A stretch of DNA of 42,897 bases from a virus (IMGVR_UViG_3300010358_000005:1-42897); one strand, 5' to 3'; positions 17,234 to 26,070 are shown, numbered from the stretch's first letter. Made by a program: numbers and translations. Notes: generated by a model from the sequence alone, not told the origin.

Positions 17234-17709
17234 CGAGGCAGCCGGTCTGCCACCGTGCGGTGGTGGCCCTCAGCTATCCACTGCTTGCCCCCATGATGGT
17301 ACGTCTCTGGCTCGTAGCCAGGATCGATCTCCTCGTCCTCATCGAATTCCTCGTGCTGAGGCCGTTCAATGTCCCCTTGGGCATAGCGGAGCAACGTCGG
17401 TACATGAAGGTGAGCCTGGGATGTCCAGAGCTCCTCGTGCTCCGGGCGATACCCATAATTCCCATAGCCCTCTGCGGCCCCGGCGATATGCGGAGCATCG
17501 ACAAGAGGGTGCTGGTAGGGCTCACCAGCTTGAGGATGAGGGCCCGTTTGGCGGATATTGGCCTGGGCGAAGATGTGCTTGGCGACCCGGCCCCGAACCA
17601 CATCAGGAGCCTCCTCCCCACCTATGGAGGGATGCACCCCCAGCATCTGGCTGACATCGTTCCAAGCAGAGTGAAACTGCTCGGTGTTCATCGTCTCCCG
17701 GCTAGTCAT
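17230..17709 (-). CDS. ParB/sulfiredoxin-like protein with QF leader
   Basis: LWTSQAHL and WIAEGHHR. Confidence 0.6.
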   Translation of the reverse strand: MTSRETMNTEQFHSAWNDVSQMLGVHPSIGGEEAPDVVRGRVAKHIFAQANIRQTGPHPQAGEPYQHPLVDAPHIAGAAEGYGNYGYRPEHEELWTSQAHLHVPTLLRYAQGDIERPQHEEFDEDEEIDPGYEPETYHHGGKQWIAEGHHRTVADRLPR

Positions 17710-18709
17710 GGCGTTTGGGGTAAGCCGTCATTTGCTTACGGATGGTGGAGGCCATCTCCCAATCACCGGTGTCCCGTAAATGCTCAGTCAGGTCAGGCTG
17801 TTGGTAGCGTTCTCCTTCCGGCGAGGGAAGTTGGTATGGCGACCGTTGCCCCCAGCCACTGTGTTCGGGGTGATGCTTGGCTGCCCAGGCGATCATGGGG
17901 TGGACGTACTTGCCCTCTTTCTGAGCCTGCTCCACCATCTCCCGGTGCGTCGACATGTAGCCCACCCGGCGAGGGGTGGCTATCGAGAGAGATCCGGCAT
18001 GCTCGGTGGCGTTTTCATAGAGGTAGCCGGTCTGGCGTTGACCGGCTGCCGAGTGCCTCTCCACGTCCTCCAAGACCTTCTCTGGCCCCTGTACCGGGCC
18101 CGTAATCCGTAGCGGGAACAGACGGCCCACCATGCCGGGGTGAGCAGGCTTGGCCTTGATGTAGGAGCCCCTGGCCGGTTCAGCCTCTGTGGGCCCCTTG
18201 AGGCCCCGGCGACGAATGTTGGCCGTGAGACGTTGCATAGCTGAGGACTTGGTCCCGGCATGGAAGCCTTCGTCCCGGCCCCCTGGAGCTCCTCCTAGCT
18301 TGGAGCGAGGGCTGTCCCGCATGACCCGGCCATGCCACCAGGTGCGGGGATCGGCGGCGAATTGCTCCGGGGTCTGTTGGTGAGCCTCTGGCCGGGGCAG
18401 GGAGTGAGGATCGAAAAGCTGACCCTGGTGCTGTGACTCGTACCACTCGTCACCCTCCGGGCCGGTGTGGCCCAGCTTGGCCCGTGCTGCCGGGACAGCA
18501 GCCTGGGATCGGGGCATCTGCCAGTGCTTCATGACGGCCCTGTAGAGCCTCTCACGGTCCTCACCGGGCGGTTTGACACTTGGGGTGCCCAGGAGCTCTC
18601 TGTGACGAGCTAGAGCCTCCTGGGGCCCTCCTGTGAAGCCCTGGAACTGAGGACCGAAATCCTCCTCAAAATGCTCCTTGGGGAGTGCCTTGTATTTCGT
18701 CCAGGCCAC
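17702..18709 (-). CDS. hypothetical protein, possible ART-like domain
   Basis: WWHGR, GFHAGT...A..R, YLYEN..E..GS.S. Confidence 0.5.
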   Translation of the reverse strand: MAWTKYKALPKEHFEEDFGPQFQGFTGGPQEALARHRELLGTPSVKPPGEDRERLYRAVMKHWQMPRSQAAVPAARAKLGHTGPEGDEWYESQHQGQLFDPHSLPRPEAHQQTPEQFAADPRTWWHGRVMRDSPRSKLGGAPGGRDEGFHAGTKSSAMQRLTANIRRRGLKGPTEAEPARGSYIKAKPAHPGMVGRLFPLRITGPVQGPEKVLEDVERHSAAGQRQTGYLYENATEHAGSLSIATPRRVGYMSTHREMVEQAQKEGKYVHPMIAWAAKHHPEHSGWGQRSPYQLPSPEGERYQQPDLTEHLRDTGDWEMASTIRKQMTAYPKRHD

Positions 18710-18934
18710 TCATTCCTCCTCTTCCTCTTCCCCCAAGGCCTGCTGGCCGGTGTAAGCGGTACCGGACGGCATGGAGGACACCCTTGTGTAGTCACTGGAG
18801 AAGGAGGGCCGGAATATGTTAGAGGTCAGGTTCTGGATACCACGTACCCTGGTAGCCAACTCATCAGTATTCCCCTGGCGTAGCAGAGATTGCTCTGTAT
18901 TGAACTGTTTATTGGACAGGGCTTCGGCACTCAT
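18710..18934 (-). CDS. 74-aa peptide with QF leader and acidic tail
   Basis: MSAEALSNKQFNTEQ; ends in poly-Glu. Confidence 0.7.
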   Translation of the reverse strand: MSAEALSNKQFNTEQSLLRQGNTDELATRVRGIQNLTSNIFRPSFSSDYTRVSSMPSGTAYTGQQALGEEEEEE

Positions 18935-19452
18935 ATCTGTTCTGGCTCCATGTCACTCAGACGAGGGTCATTGGCTCGGAGCTCCTTTTGACGAACCACT
19001 TCCTCATCGATCTGTTCCCAGGGCTTGGGAAGACGTTTTTTATCCGGTCGATATTCAGCCCAGCGATAGCTGGGATTGGTGAAGAGCAGAGCCGGGATAC
19101 CGAGTTCGGTAATCCGCAGGATGGTGTCGGGATCACCTGACACCACGAAGCCGACATCGGCCCCAGCACGTCGGAGCTCGGTAGCCTGCTCGGCTCGGAG
19201 CTCGGCATCAGAGAGGTCAGCCCATTCCGGCTTGCGGTACATCAGGCCGTCATAGAAGGCGGGGCTGACCATGCCGTTGATGCGGAGCCAGTGCTCGACA
19301 GAGGCGTCGTCGTAGCGGGTAGTTGCCAGGCTGACCTGGTAGCCGGTGCGGAGAGTGTGGGCCAGCTTGACCCCGTCAGGGATGGGATAGAACCCATGCA
19401 AGGTGCTGTAGTCCCCCAGCACCCCTTCCACCATGATCAAGGCCGTGCTCAT
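18931..19452 (-). CDS. degenerate HAD-like protein
   Basis: LIMVEGVL in place of DxDG, ATT, WL..NG, GIPALLF; TAATG coupling. Confidence 0.5.
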   Translation of the reverse strand: MSTALIMVEGVLGDYSTLHGFYPIPDGVKLAHTLRTGYQVSLATTRYDDASVEHWLRINGMVSPAFYDGLMYRKPEWADLSDAELRAEQATELRRAGADVGFVVSGDPDTILRITELGIPALLFTNPSYRWAEYRPDKKRLPKPWEQIDEEVVRQKELRANDPRLSDMEPEQI

Positions 19453-19715
19453 TAGCTGTTGTACTGACTGGCTCTGGAGCCCCGGCTCTCTATGTTGAAG
19501 GCTCCATGCGGATACGGCTGCGTCTGACCGTATCTCTCCTCCCAGGAGCGGCGAAGCAAGCTGGGCCACTCACCAGGATGACGAGAGCCGAATAGGCCGT
19601 CATAGAACCCGGACCAGTTGGTAGCCCTGGGCGAGCGGGCGGCGTCACGCCAATCGGGGCTGCCGCCGCCCTGATTAGGACTCCCCTTCAGCCCATAGGC
19701 ACCACCACCCCTCAC
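19452..19715 (-). CDS. Gly-rich hypothetical protein
   Basis: GTGA coupling at 19715. Confidence 0.55.
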   Translation of the reverse strand: MRGGGAYGLKGSPNQGGGSPDWRDAARSPRATNWSGFYDGLFGSRHPGEWPSLLRRSWEERYGQTQPYPHGAFNIESRGSRASQYNS

Positions 19716-19978
19716 TTGACTCTCCTGACCCAAATATGGCTGTCACCTCTCTCGATGGCCCCGGCCACCCGGTGATGCCCATCAGCGACGTAGTACCGGC
19801 CCCGATGGGGGTGCACCAGGGGCTCCGGGCCCGAGGCCGGTTTACTGGCAATGTCAGCCACCTTGGACTTGTCTAGGCCGTGCTGCGTAGCCACCAGCTT
19901 GTCCAAGCGCACCCTGGTGCGGGGCATGGCTCGGTTCGACTTAGCCTCAAACTGCTCCACGTTGAAAGGCACCGACAC
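19712..19978 (-). CDS. minimal ParB-like protein with QF leader
   Basis: LVATQ, P.V, YYVADGHHRVAGA; TAAGCT 6 nt before GTG. Confidence 0.75.
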   Translation of the reverse strand: MSVPFNVEQFEAKSNRAMPRTRVRLDKLVATQHGLDKSKVADIASKPASGPEPLVHPHRGRYYVADGHHRVAGAIERGDSHIWVRRVK

Positions 19979-20033
19979 GCTCTGAGCTTAGGTGCCCCCT
20001 GGCAGCGGGCCCCGGCCACATAGGCTGGCCTCG

Positions 20034-20312
20034 ATGCAGGCTCTGACCACCGGCTTCTGCTACCTCTGCAACGAGGAGATCGAGGACGTTGAGGCTCACT
20101 TTGCGGAGCGTCACATCGTCAGCGTGCCCAAGCCGAAGGTGCCCAAGCTGTCCTGGCAGCACCGTCTGGACCGGGTTATAACGGCCCTCACGGGCGTTAA
20201 AGAGAGCCAGAGCGTGGAGCAGGTAGATGAGGTGCTCAAGGAGCTCTACCTCATCCGGCAGAGACTGATGGAGTTGAAGAAGCAGAAAGGAAGCCAACAT
20301 GGGCGTAGTTGA
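20034..20312 (+). CDS. C2H2-type Zn-finger / coiled-coil protein
   Basis: CYLC..HFAERH; TAGGCT 7 nt before ATG. Confidence 0.6.
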   Translation: MQALTTGFCYLCNEEIEDVEAHFAERHIVSVPKPKVPKLSWQHRLDRVITALTGVKESQSVEQVDEVLKELYLIRQRLMELKKQKGSQHGRS

Positions 20313-20661
20313 CTGGCGTGCCTGGACTTCACAGAGCGGCGGCACCATGCCGACTGCCCCCAACCCTCCTGGCACCCCCCGGACGACGAATCAGATCTTC
20401 CCTGGCATCGGGCCCATCGGCGTCGGTGCCACCCCTGGCCCTCCGGGCTCCAGCGACCTCATCGACGGTGGGCAGTCCTTCCCGACCTATGCCAACGTGC
20501 CGACGACGGTGCGGCCCCAGGATCCCTTCACCCTGACCGTGGGTGGCCCCGGCACGGCCTACATCACCGACCCCCGGTACACCAACTCCTGGGCCTGGAC
20601 GGCACAGATCGAGCGGAATCAAAAGATCATGCGACCGGTGGTAGCCGGTATCACTTCATAG
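20299..20661 (+). CDS. Pro/Gly-rich hypothetical protein
   Basis: GAAAGGA RBS. Confidence 0.65.
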   Translation: MGVVDWRAWTSQSGGTMPTAPNPPGTPRTTNQIFPGIGPIGVGATPGPPGSSDLIDGGQSFPTYANVPTTVRPQDPFTLTVGGPGTAYITDPRYTNSWAWTAQIERNQKIMRPVVAGITS

Positions 20662-20689
20662 AACCATTTTGGTTCTATAGAGTAAAACC

Positions 20690-21253
20690 ATGGCCCGTGA
20701 CTACGAGGCCGAGTTTCGGGCTCGGCAGGAGAGATCCCGTGGCCGGGGGTATCGGAGCTATGCCGAAGAACGGCAGGAGCGGTTCCGGCTCCAGCAACGG
20801 CGTCGGTCACTCGATAAAGCCACCCCGGAGCATCTTCGGTATTTGCAGCGACACCTGGAACCGGGCTATGTCCAGACCTCCGAGTTTGGCGAGGCCCCCG
20901 AGGTGGGAGCTCCCGAAGAGCTCCCTCACGGCCTTCAGGGTGCCTTCAGCCCTGGCATAGGCGACGATTGGGATTATTACTGGCCTACCCGCACCATTAA
21001 CGACAACCGACCTCGTACTCTCCAGGCCCGGTACTCACAGAGTGCCCGGTGCCTGGAGATCATCTTTGCCAGGCCATCACGAGCCAACCCCGGTGGAACC
21101 TGGCATTACTCCCAGGTGCCTCCTCAGGTGTGGACCCGATTCAAGCGAGTCGAGTCTCCGGGGAGGTTCATTAACGGTATTTTGAACGGGTTCCCTTATG
21201 GACCCGGTGGTTGGGGAACGGGGCCGACTTGTGACCAAGGAGCCGACTACTAA
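20690..21253 (+). CDS. KTSC-like domain protein
   Basis: ARYS....LEIIF..WHYSQVPPQVW..F...SPGRFIN; TAGAGT 6 nt before ATG. Confidence 0.65.
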   Translation: MARDYEAEFRARQERSRGRGYRSYAEERQERFRLQQRRRSLDKATPEHLRYLQRHLEPGYVQTSEFGEAPEVGAPEELPHGLQGAFSPGIGDDWDYYWPTRTINDNRPRTLQARYSQSARCLEIIFARPSRANPGGTWHYSQVPPQVWTRFKRVESPGRFINGILNGFPYGPGGWGTGPTCDQGADY

Positions 21254-21348
21254 AGAGAGCAAGCAGCAGTGCTTGGGTAAGGCACTGAAGCTACAGGCGG
21301 ATGAATACCTCCAAGAGATAGACAAGGCTCTGGCTGAAAATACCATTC

Positions 21349-21732
21349 ATGGAAATCCACCCCGACGCCTTAGAAGACCCGGAAGACGAGAACGAGTGGG
21401 TACTACCCAGCCTCCCGGATCCGACCTCAGTTCCTGACAACACCAAGTCCTGGCATGCCCTGTATTTTTGGCGAGGGCAGCCCCGGCTGGAGCAGATGCC
21501 GGTAGCTCTTGCCATTACAAGGGAAATCCTGCCTCCATGGCGTCGTGGCGTCGGTATCATGGTCCGACATCGTCAGCGAGCGTTTGCTGTCGGACTTTGG
21601 TTCCCCGGCGAAGAGCCACAGATCCTCAGCGGTGCTCCTGACGAGAAGGACTGGAAATCAGTCGTCACCAAGTCAGAGCTACTGGAGGAACATGACCAAC
21701 GCATGGGACAAGATCACGGGCGGGCGGGATGA
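21349..21732 (+). CDS. hypothetical protein
   Basis: ORF with EILPPWRRG.G. Confidence 0.55.
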   Translation: MEIHPDALEDPEDENEWVLPSLPDPTSVPDNTKSWHALYFWRGQPRLEQMPVALAITREILPPWRRGVGIMVRHRQRAFAVGLWFPGEEPQILSGAPDEKDWKSVVTKSELLEEHDQRMGQDHGRAG

Positions 21733-22492
21733 GCTAGGCAGGGCTGCCTGGATCCCGGTCTATGATGCCGGGGCCTGGCGACTCTTCCGTAACAGCCACA
21801 CCATCTGGCCTGGGGTGGAAAATGTTGCAGACCCGGTCAGAGTCGAGAATCTGCGGCGGAACGTCACCAGCCTGATGGAGCATTACCCCGAAACCCTGCC
21901 CCAGCTAGAGAAGCTGGGTATACGGATCAAGTCCCTATTAAACCGACCCATCAGGAACCATAAGGACGTGGTGGCCTGGTCCGAGTCCATGTTCAATGTG
22001 GGCCCGAGTACCGGAGCTCCCATTCATGTCGAGGATGCTGCCGAATTGGCCTACGACGACTTCACCATCAAGGTGGCGAATGGGCGGCATCCTCAGTACG
22101 TCATCCCGGCAGCCCCGAGGGGCTCCGGTAATGCGGCCACCGTCGACTTCAACTCCCCTGGAGCCAAGACCCGGTTCGGGCCCCGGCATGACTACAGCAA
22201 GACAGCGTTCCAGGGCTCTCAGAAGCCCTCAGAAGCCCCCTCTGACCCGATAAGGACGACGAAGGAGCTCCCTGCCCCTCAGACCGGTAACGGGGCGGTA
22301 CGGCCTCGTGGACGGCCTCGTAGAGACGGCCTGGTGCCAGGATCTCCCGAAGCCAAGGCGGCTGATGCCAAGAAGAAGGCCGAGGCTCGTGCAGCCAAGC
22401 GGGCCAACCAGGGGGCGACCATCACTGAGCTCCCGGTGAAGCAGCGGCGGCGACTGGTCCGGGTAGGCAAGAGCGTTGCCCAATCCTCTTAA
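21692..22492 (+). CDS. hypothetical protein with AT-hook-like motif
   Basis: GGAGG before ATG 21692; RPRGRPRR and basic C-terminus. Confidence 0.65.
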   Translation: MTNAWDKITGGRDELGRAAWIPVYDAGAWRLFRNSHTIWPGVENVADPVRVENLRRNVTSLMEHYPETLPQLEKLGIRIKSLLNRPIRNHKDVVAWSESMFNVGPSTGAPIHVEDAAELAYDDFTIKVANGRHPQYVIPAAPRGSGNAATVDFNSPGAKTRFGPRHDYSKTAFQGSQKPSEAPSDPIRTTKELPAPQTGNGAVRPRGRPRRDGLVPGSPEAKAADAKKKAEARAAKRANQGATITELPVKQRRRLVRVGKSVAQSS

Positions 22493-22733
22493 GGAGTGGC
22501 GACGTAACCGGCGAGACACCGGCTTCTGGCAGAAGGCCAGAGACAGGTCAGCCTCCCTGAGGGAGGCTGAGGTAGTGGGGGAGGTTGACCTGGCTCTGAT
22601 GAATGCGGGCCATGCCCTGACCAAGTACCGGCAGTTGACCGGTGACCGGGAGGCTCAGCTTGACCAGCTACGAGAAGTACGGCTCCACCTGGAGGCGAGC
22701 CTGGGCATGATGGAGAACGTCATCCCCGATTAG
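22476..22733 (+). CDS. hypothetical helical protein
   Basis: TTG-start ORF overlapping the upstream gene. Confidence 0.55.
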   Translation: MPNPLKEWRRNRRDTGFWQKARDRSASLREAEVVGEVDLALMNAGHALTKYRQLTGDREAQLDQLREVRLHLEASLGMMENVIPD

Positions 22734-22930
22734 ATCAGGATCAGGATGCCTCCCAAGACTCCGGTGGAGATGCCGATGGTGGCGACTCTCTCGTTGGTGA
22801 CGTGATCGAGGCACAGGAAGCTGGCGATGAAGATGGCGACGACAGCAGCCACAGCCACGATGCGAAGAAACAAGCTGACAGGGGGTGAAATAGCCACACC
22901 CCAACGATTTGGGGCGGCAGGTTGAGTCAT
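22730..22930 (-). CDS. small two-helix membrane protein
   Basis: Two hydrophobic segments. Confidence 0.55.
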   Translation of the reverse strand: MTQPAAPNRWGVAISPPVSLFLRIVAVAAVVAIFIASFLCLDHVTNERVATIGISTGVLGGILILI

Positions 22931-22968
22931 GGCTAGTTTCTACCCCAGGGATACCAGTACTACCCCGA

Positions 22969-23301
22969 TCACCTCTTTCGTCTCACCAGTTTTCTAGGGG
23001 TGGGTGGTGCCTCAGGGGAGGGATTTGCATCCCACCAGGCTTTACGGAAGGCCTCCACTCCTCTGAGGTACGAGCGGTAGCTGGAGATGGTTTGGGCTGC
23101 CGGAAACCGGTGCCTGGCCTCCTTCTCCACGAGCTCCCACAGGCCCCGGAAGGCCCCGGCGTCGAGCTCGACGGTGTACGTCGGCTCCTTGGCGTCGAGC
23201 ATCTTGGCTCCCATCCCGTTGGGGACGGGCGGGGGGCCCAAGTGCTTGGGAAACTCGTCCTCGTAGGTGTGGACTTCCCCTTGGATCTGTTGCGGTGTCG
23301 T
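22969..23301 (-). CDS. hypothetical protein, possible ACG start
   Basis: Frame open to ACG 23301, 6 nt after GAAAGGAG. Confidence 0.55.
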   Translation of the reverse strand, partial: TTPQQIQGEVHTYEDEFPKHLGPPPVPNGMGAKMLDAKEPTYTVELDAGAFRGLWELVEKEARHRFPAAQTISSYRSYLRGVEAFRKAWWDANPSPEAPPTPRKLVRRKR

Positions 23302-23330
23302 AGCGAGCTCCTTTCCGTAGCTGTGACTCT

Positions 23331-23431
23331 ACTCTAGCACACCTCGTCGGAGTCCACAAGTCAGGGTGTCACGAGGCTTCTCCAAAAATTTAGCTCACCC
23401 GACTTGTGTTGAGTCGAGCCTCGTGTATACT
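23331..23431. promoter_or_regulatory. back-to-back promoters, each with CACCC(T)GACTTGTG
   Basis: Minus TTGTGG-N17-TAGAGT; plus TTGTGT-N16-TATACT. Confidence 0.65.
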
Positions 23432-23441
23432 GACTGTTGCT

Positions 23442-24917
23442 ATGAGCAACACACCACAGCCCGAACCCGAGAAGACTCCACGGCGTCAACCCGTCTTGGA
23501 GATCGACATCAAGGGTTACCGGCAAACACTGTCCAATAAAGGTAAGCCTCGCATCATGATTGAGGGGCTGAGTAACGCATTCGACGCAGACGCCGACACC
23601 GTCGAGGTCACCTTCACCCAGGAGAAAGGCTGGGCGAAGCTCACCGTAACCGACAACGATCCTGACGGCTTCGCTGATCTGCGTGACGCATACACTCTCT
23701 TCTCTGCCTCACGGCGGCGGGAGGATCCCACCAAGCGGGGTCGCTTCGGACAGGGCGAGAAAGAGCTCGTCGCACTCGCTGTCGACGGTGGCACCATCAC
23801 CGTCACCTCCACCAGGGGGACGGTCACCTTTAACAAGGATGGCCGGGAAGAGCGGGACGACAAAACCGACAGCGGCACCGTGCTGACCTGCCGGATGAAG
23901 CTGAACAAGTTTGAGGCTGACGACTTCTCTGAGCTCGTGCGTCACCTCATCGTCCCCGAGGGTGTGTCCTTCAAGTTCAACGGTGAGTACATCGCCGCCA
24001 GACCACCGGAGCGCACCATCAACGAGACGCTCAACACCAAGATCGTGGACAAGGACGGCAACCTGACCGACTCTCGTCGGCAGACCGAAGTCCACTTCTA
24101 TACGCCCCGGTCCAACGAGGTGCCATACATCTATGAGTTGGGCATCCCGGTGGTCGAGCATGACGGCAAGTTCCACGTCAATGTCATGCAAAAGGTGCCG
24201 TTGAACACGGCTCGTGACAACGTCACCCCGGCCTACCTCAAAAAGGTGCACCAGGTCATGTTCGATGCCACCTACGACCTGATGGACCGGGAGGATCACC
24301 TCAAGGGTTGGGTCAAGGACATCCTGGCCGTTGCCAGCCCGGAGGCGCTCGCCTATCACGTCGAGACGGTGCACGGTAAGGACGCCGTCATCTTCGATCC
24401 CTCCAACCCGGAGGCCAACAAGCGGGCCCTCGATGAGGGACGCCAACTGATCTACGGGAAGCAGTTCAAGAAGGACACCTGGGAGAAGATCAAGGAGAAC
24501 AATATCCTCAAGCCTGCGGGCAAGGTTATTGAAACCTTTGTTCCCACCTCGCTCGATGGAGCTCCCTCCATTGAGGACGAGGACTGGACGCCAGGCATGC
24601 AGGCTCTGGCTTCCTACACCAGGGCTGTGGGCCAGCACCTCCTGGGGTTTGAGCCCACCGTCACCTTCTACAACCAGGTGTTGTCAGGGCCCCATGCCGA
24701 GGCCATGTGGGGCGACAGGGAGATCATCTTCAACCTGCGCCACCTGGGCAAGCGCTGGCCTGCCGAGGCTGAGGTGGAAGTCATCGACGCCCTCCTCATC
24801 CACGAGTTCGCTCACCACTACGAGAGCGATCACTTCACTGACAGCTACCTGCGGTGGACGTGCAAGTTGGGGGCCAAGCTGCGCTCCTGCCCCGTACAGA
24901 TTGTGAGGGGGGCCTAG
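23442..24917 (+). CDS. GHKL (Hsp90/MutL/MORC-type) ATPase with C-terminal HEXXH domain
   Basis: EGLSNAFDA, TDNDPDG, RGRFGQGEK, SGT; LLIHEFAHH. Confidence 0.75.
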   Translation: MSNTPQPEPEKTPRRQPVLEIDIKGYRQTLSNKGKPRIMIEGLSNAFDADADTVEVTFTQEKGWAKLTVTDNDPDGFADLRDAYTLFSASRRREDPTKRGRFGQGEKELVALAVDGGTITVTSTRGTVTFNKDGREERDDKTDSGTVLTCRMKLNKFEADDFSELVRHLIVPEGVSFKFNGEYIAARPPERTINETLNTKIVDKDGNLTDSRRQTEVHFYTPRSNEVPYIYELGIPVVEHDGKFHVNVMQKVPLNTARDNVTPAYLKKVHQVMFDATYDLMDREDHLKGWVKDILAVASPEALAYHVETVHGKDAVIFDPSNPEANKRALDEGRQLIYGKQFKKDTWEKIKENNILKPAGKVIETFVPTSLDGAPSIEDEDWTPGMQALASYTRAVGQHLLGFEPTVTFYNQVLSGPHAEAMWGDREIIFNLRHLGKRWPAEAEVEVIDALLIHEFAHHYESDHFTDSYLRWTCKLGAKLRSCPVQIVRGA

Positions 24918-26023
24918 TGCCCCCCTACCACCCGGTAGATGCTCTGGATGCACAACTCGACCTCATTCGGTGGTACCAGTCCACCGAGGGGGTCGAGTAC
25001 CTCCAGCGGCATGGTGGTGACCGGGACCAGGAGCTAGAGGACGACGCCTTTTGGGAGAGCCGTTTCCTGGGTCACAAGGGAGACTGGTTCGATGAGGGGC
25101 AGATGGACCGGGCTGGCTCCTGGTTGGACACAGCCGAGACGTATGCCATCACCCCGGACATGCAGGCACTGGTGATGGCGGCAGCCCGCACCGCACCCGA
25201 GGATCCGCTGCGGAGCTCCGACGTGCCGGTACCGAAAGGCTTCCTGTGGTTCGGGAAGCCTGGCATCCCGCTGCCGACCGACGCTGAGCCCCGCCATGCC
25301 ATCTGGCCCTTCCGGCAGGACAATCGGAAGGGAGGGTGGGGCACCGGCCAGATGTTTTGGGTCGTTGCCCTGGCCTGGGAGACAGTGGGCACCGGCATCC
25401 AGTACCACGTCTATGTCGACCCCAAACCATTCGACAAATTCCTCAAGGATAATAACCGGCACAACCCCTTTACCGGGCTGACTCAGTTGTTCGATGTGCG
25501 GACCTGGGACTACGACATTGAGTGGTTCTTTGACCGGGAGGACTTTGAGGATCCCGAGGGCTACGAGGCCGAGGCACGGCACCGTGCCGCCCTGGAGGAG
25601 TACGCCGCCGTGCACGGGCTCACCATGGCCCAGGTGGTGGAGGGAGCCTGCGACGGGGCCGAGTTCTTCTACCGTCGTCTGCTGCTCACCTTCTTCCGGC
25701 TGACCTTCCAGCGGGTGACCGTGCCCCATCGTGAGTTCATGGGACGGGCGGCTAAGCGACGCACTGAGCGGTCCACCTATGCTGCCCCGGAGCCTGGCAC
25801 CATCACCATCATCAAGCTGCGGCGTGAGTACCAGCAGCAGCATGAGGAGCACGTTCCTGGCACCGTCGACTGGAGCCACCGCTGGATGGTGTCAGGGCAC
25901 TGGCGGAACCAGTGGTACCCAAGCCTGGGCAGGCACCAAGCCAAGTACATCCCTCCCTACGTCAAGGGGCCCGAGGACAAGCCGTTCGTACCCAAGGACA
26001 GGATCTGGAGCGTCGAACAATGA
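24917..26023 (+). CDS. conserved phage protein with C-terminal W.V.GHWR.QWY..KGP motif
   Basis: TAGTG coupling; HRWMVSGHWRNQWY..YVKGP. Confidence 0.75.
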   Translation: MPPYHPVDALDAQLDLIRWYQSTEGVEYLQRHGGDRDQELEDDAFWESRFLGHKGDWFDEGQMDRAGSWLDTAETYAITPDMQALVMAAARTAPEDPLRSSDVPVPKGFLWFGKPGIPLPTDAEPRHAIWPFRQDNRKGGWGTGQMFWVVALAWETVGTGIQYHVYVDPKPFDKFLKDNNRHNPFTGLTQLFDVRTWDYDIEWFFDREDFEDPEGYEAEARHRAALEEYAAVHGLTMAQVVEGACDGAEFFYRRLLLTFFRLTFQRVTVPHREFMGRAAKRRTERSTYAAPEPGTITIIKLRREYQQQHEEHVPGTVDWSHRWMVSGHWRNQWYPSLGRHQAKYIPPYVKGPEDKPFVPKDRIWSVEQ

Positions 26024-26026
26024 CTG

Positions 26027-26064
26027 CTCATCCGACTTGTCCACAAGCAGAAGTGTGGTAAACT
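26027..26064 (+). promoter_or_regulatory. promoter CTCATCCGACTTGTCC-N16-TAAACT
   Basis: Repeat motif; ATG 6 nt after the -10. Confidence 0.6.
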
Positions 26065-26070
26065 GGTGTC

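Noticed and set aside
21231-21437. Possible small gene between the KTSC-like gene and 21349
   Set aside because: Overlaps the next gene by about 90 nt and has no clear RBS; left uncalled.
22730-22930. Holin call for the small membrane proteins
   Set aside because: No adjacent endolysin; hydrophobicity alone is insufficient.
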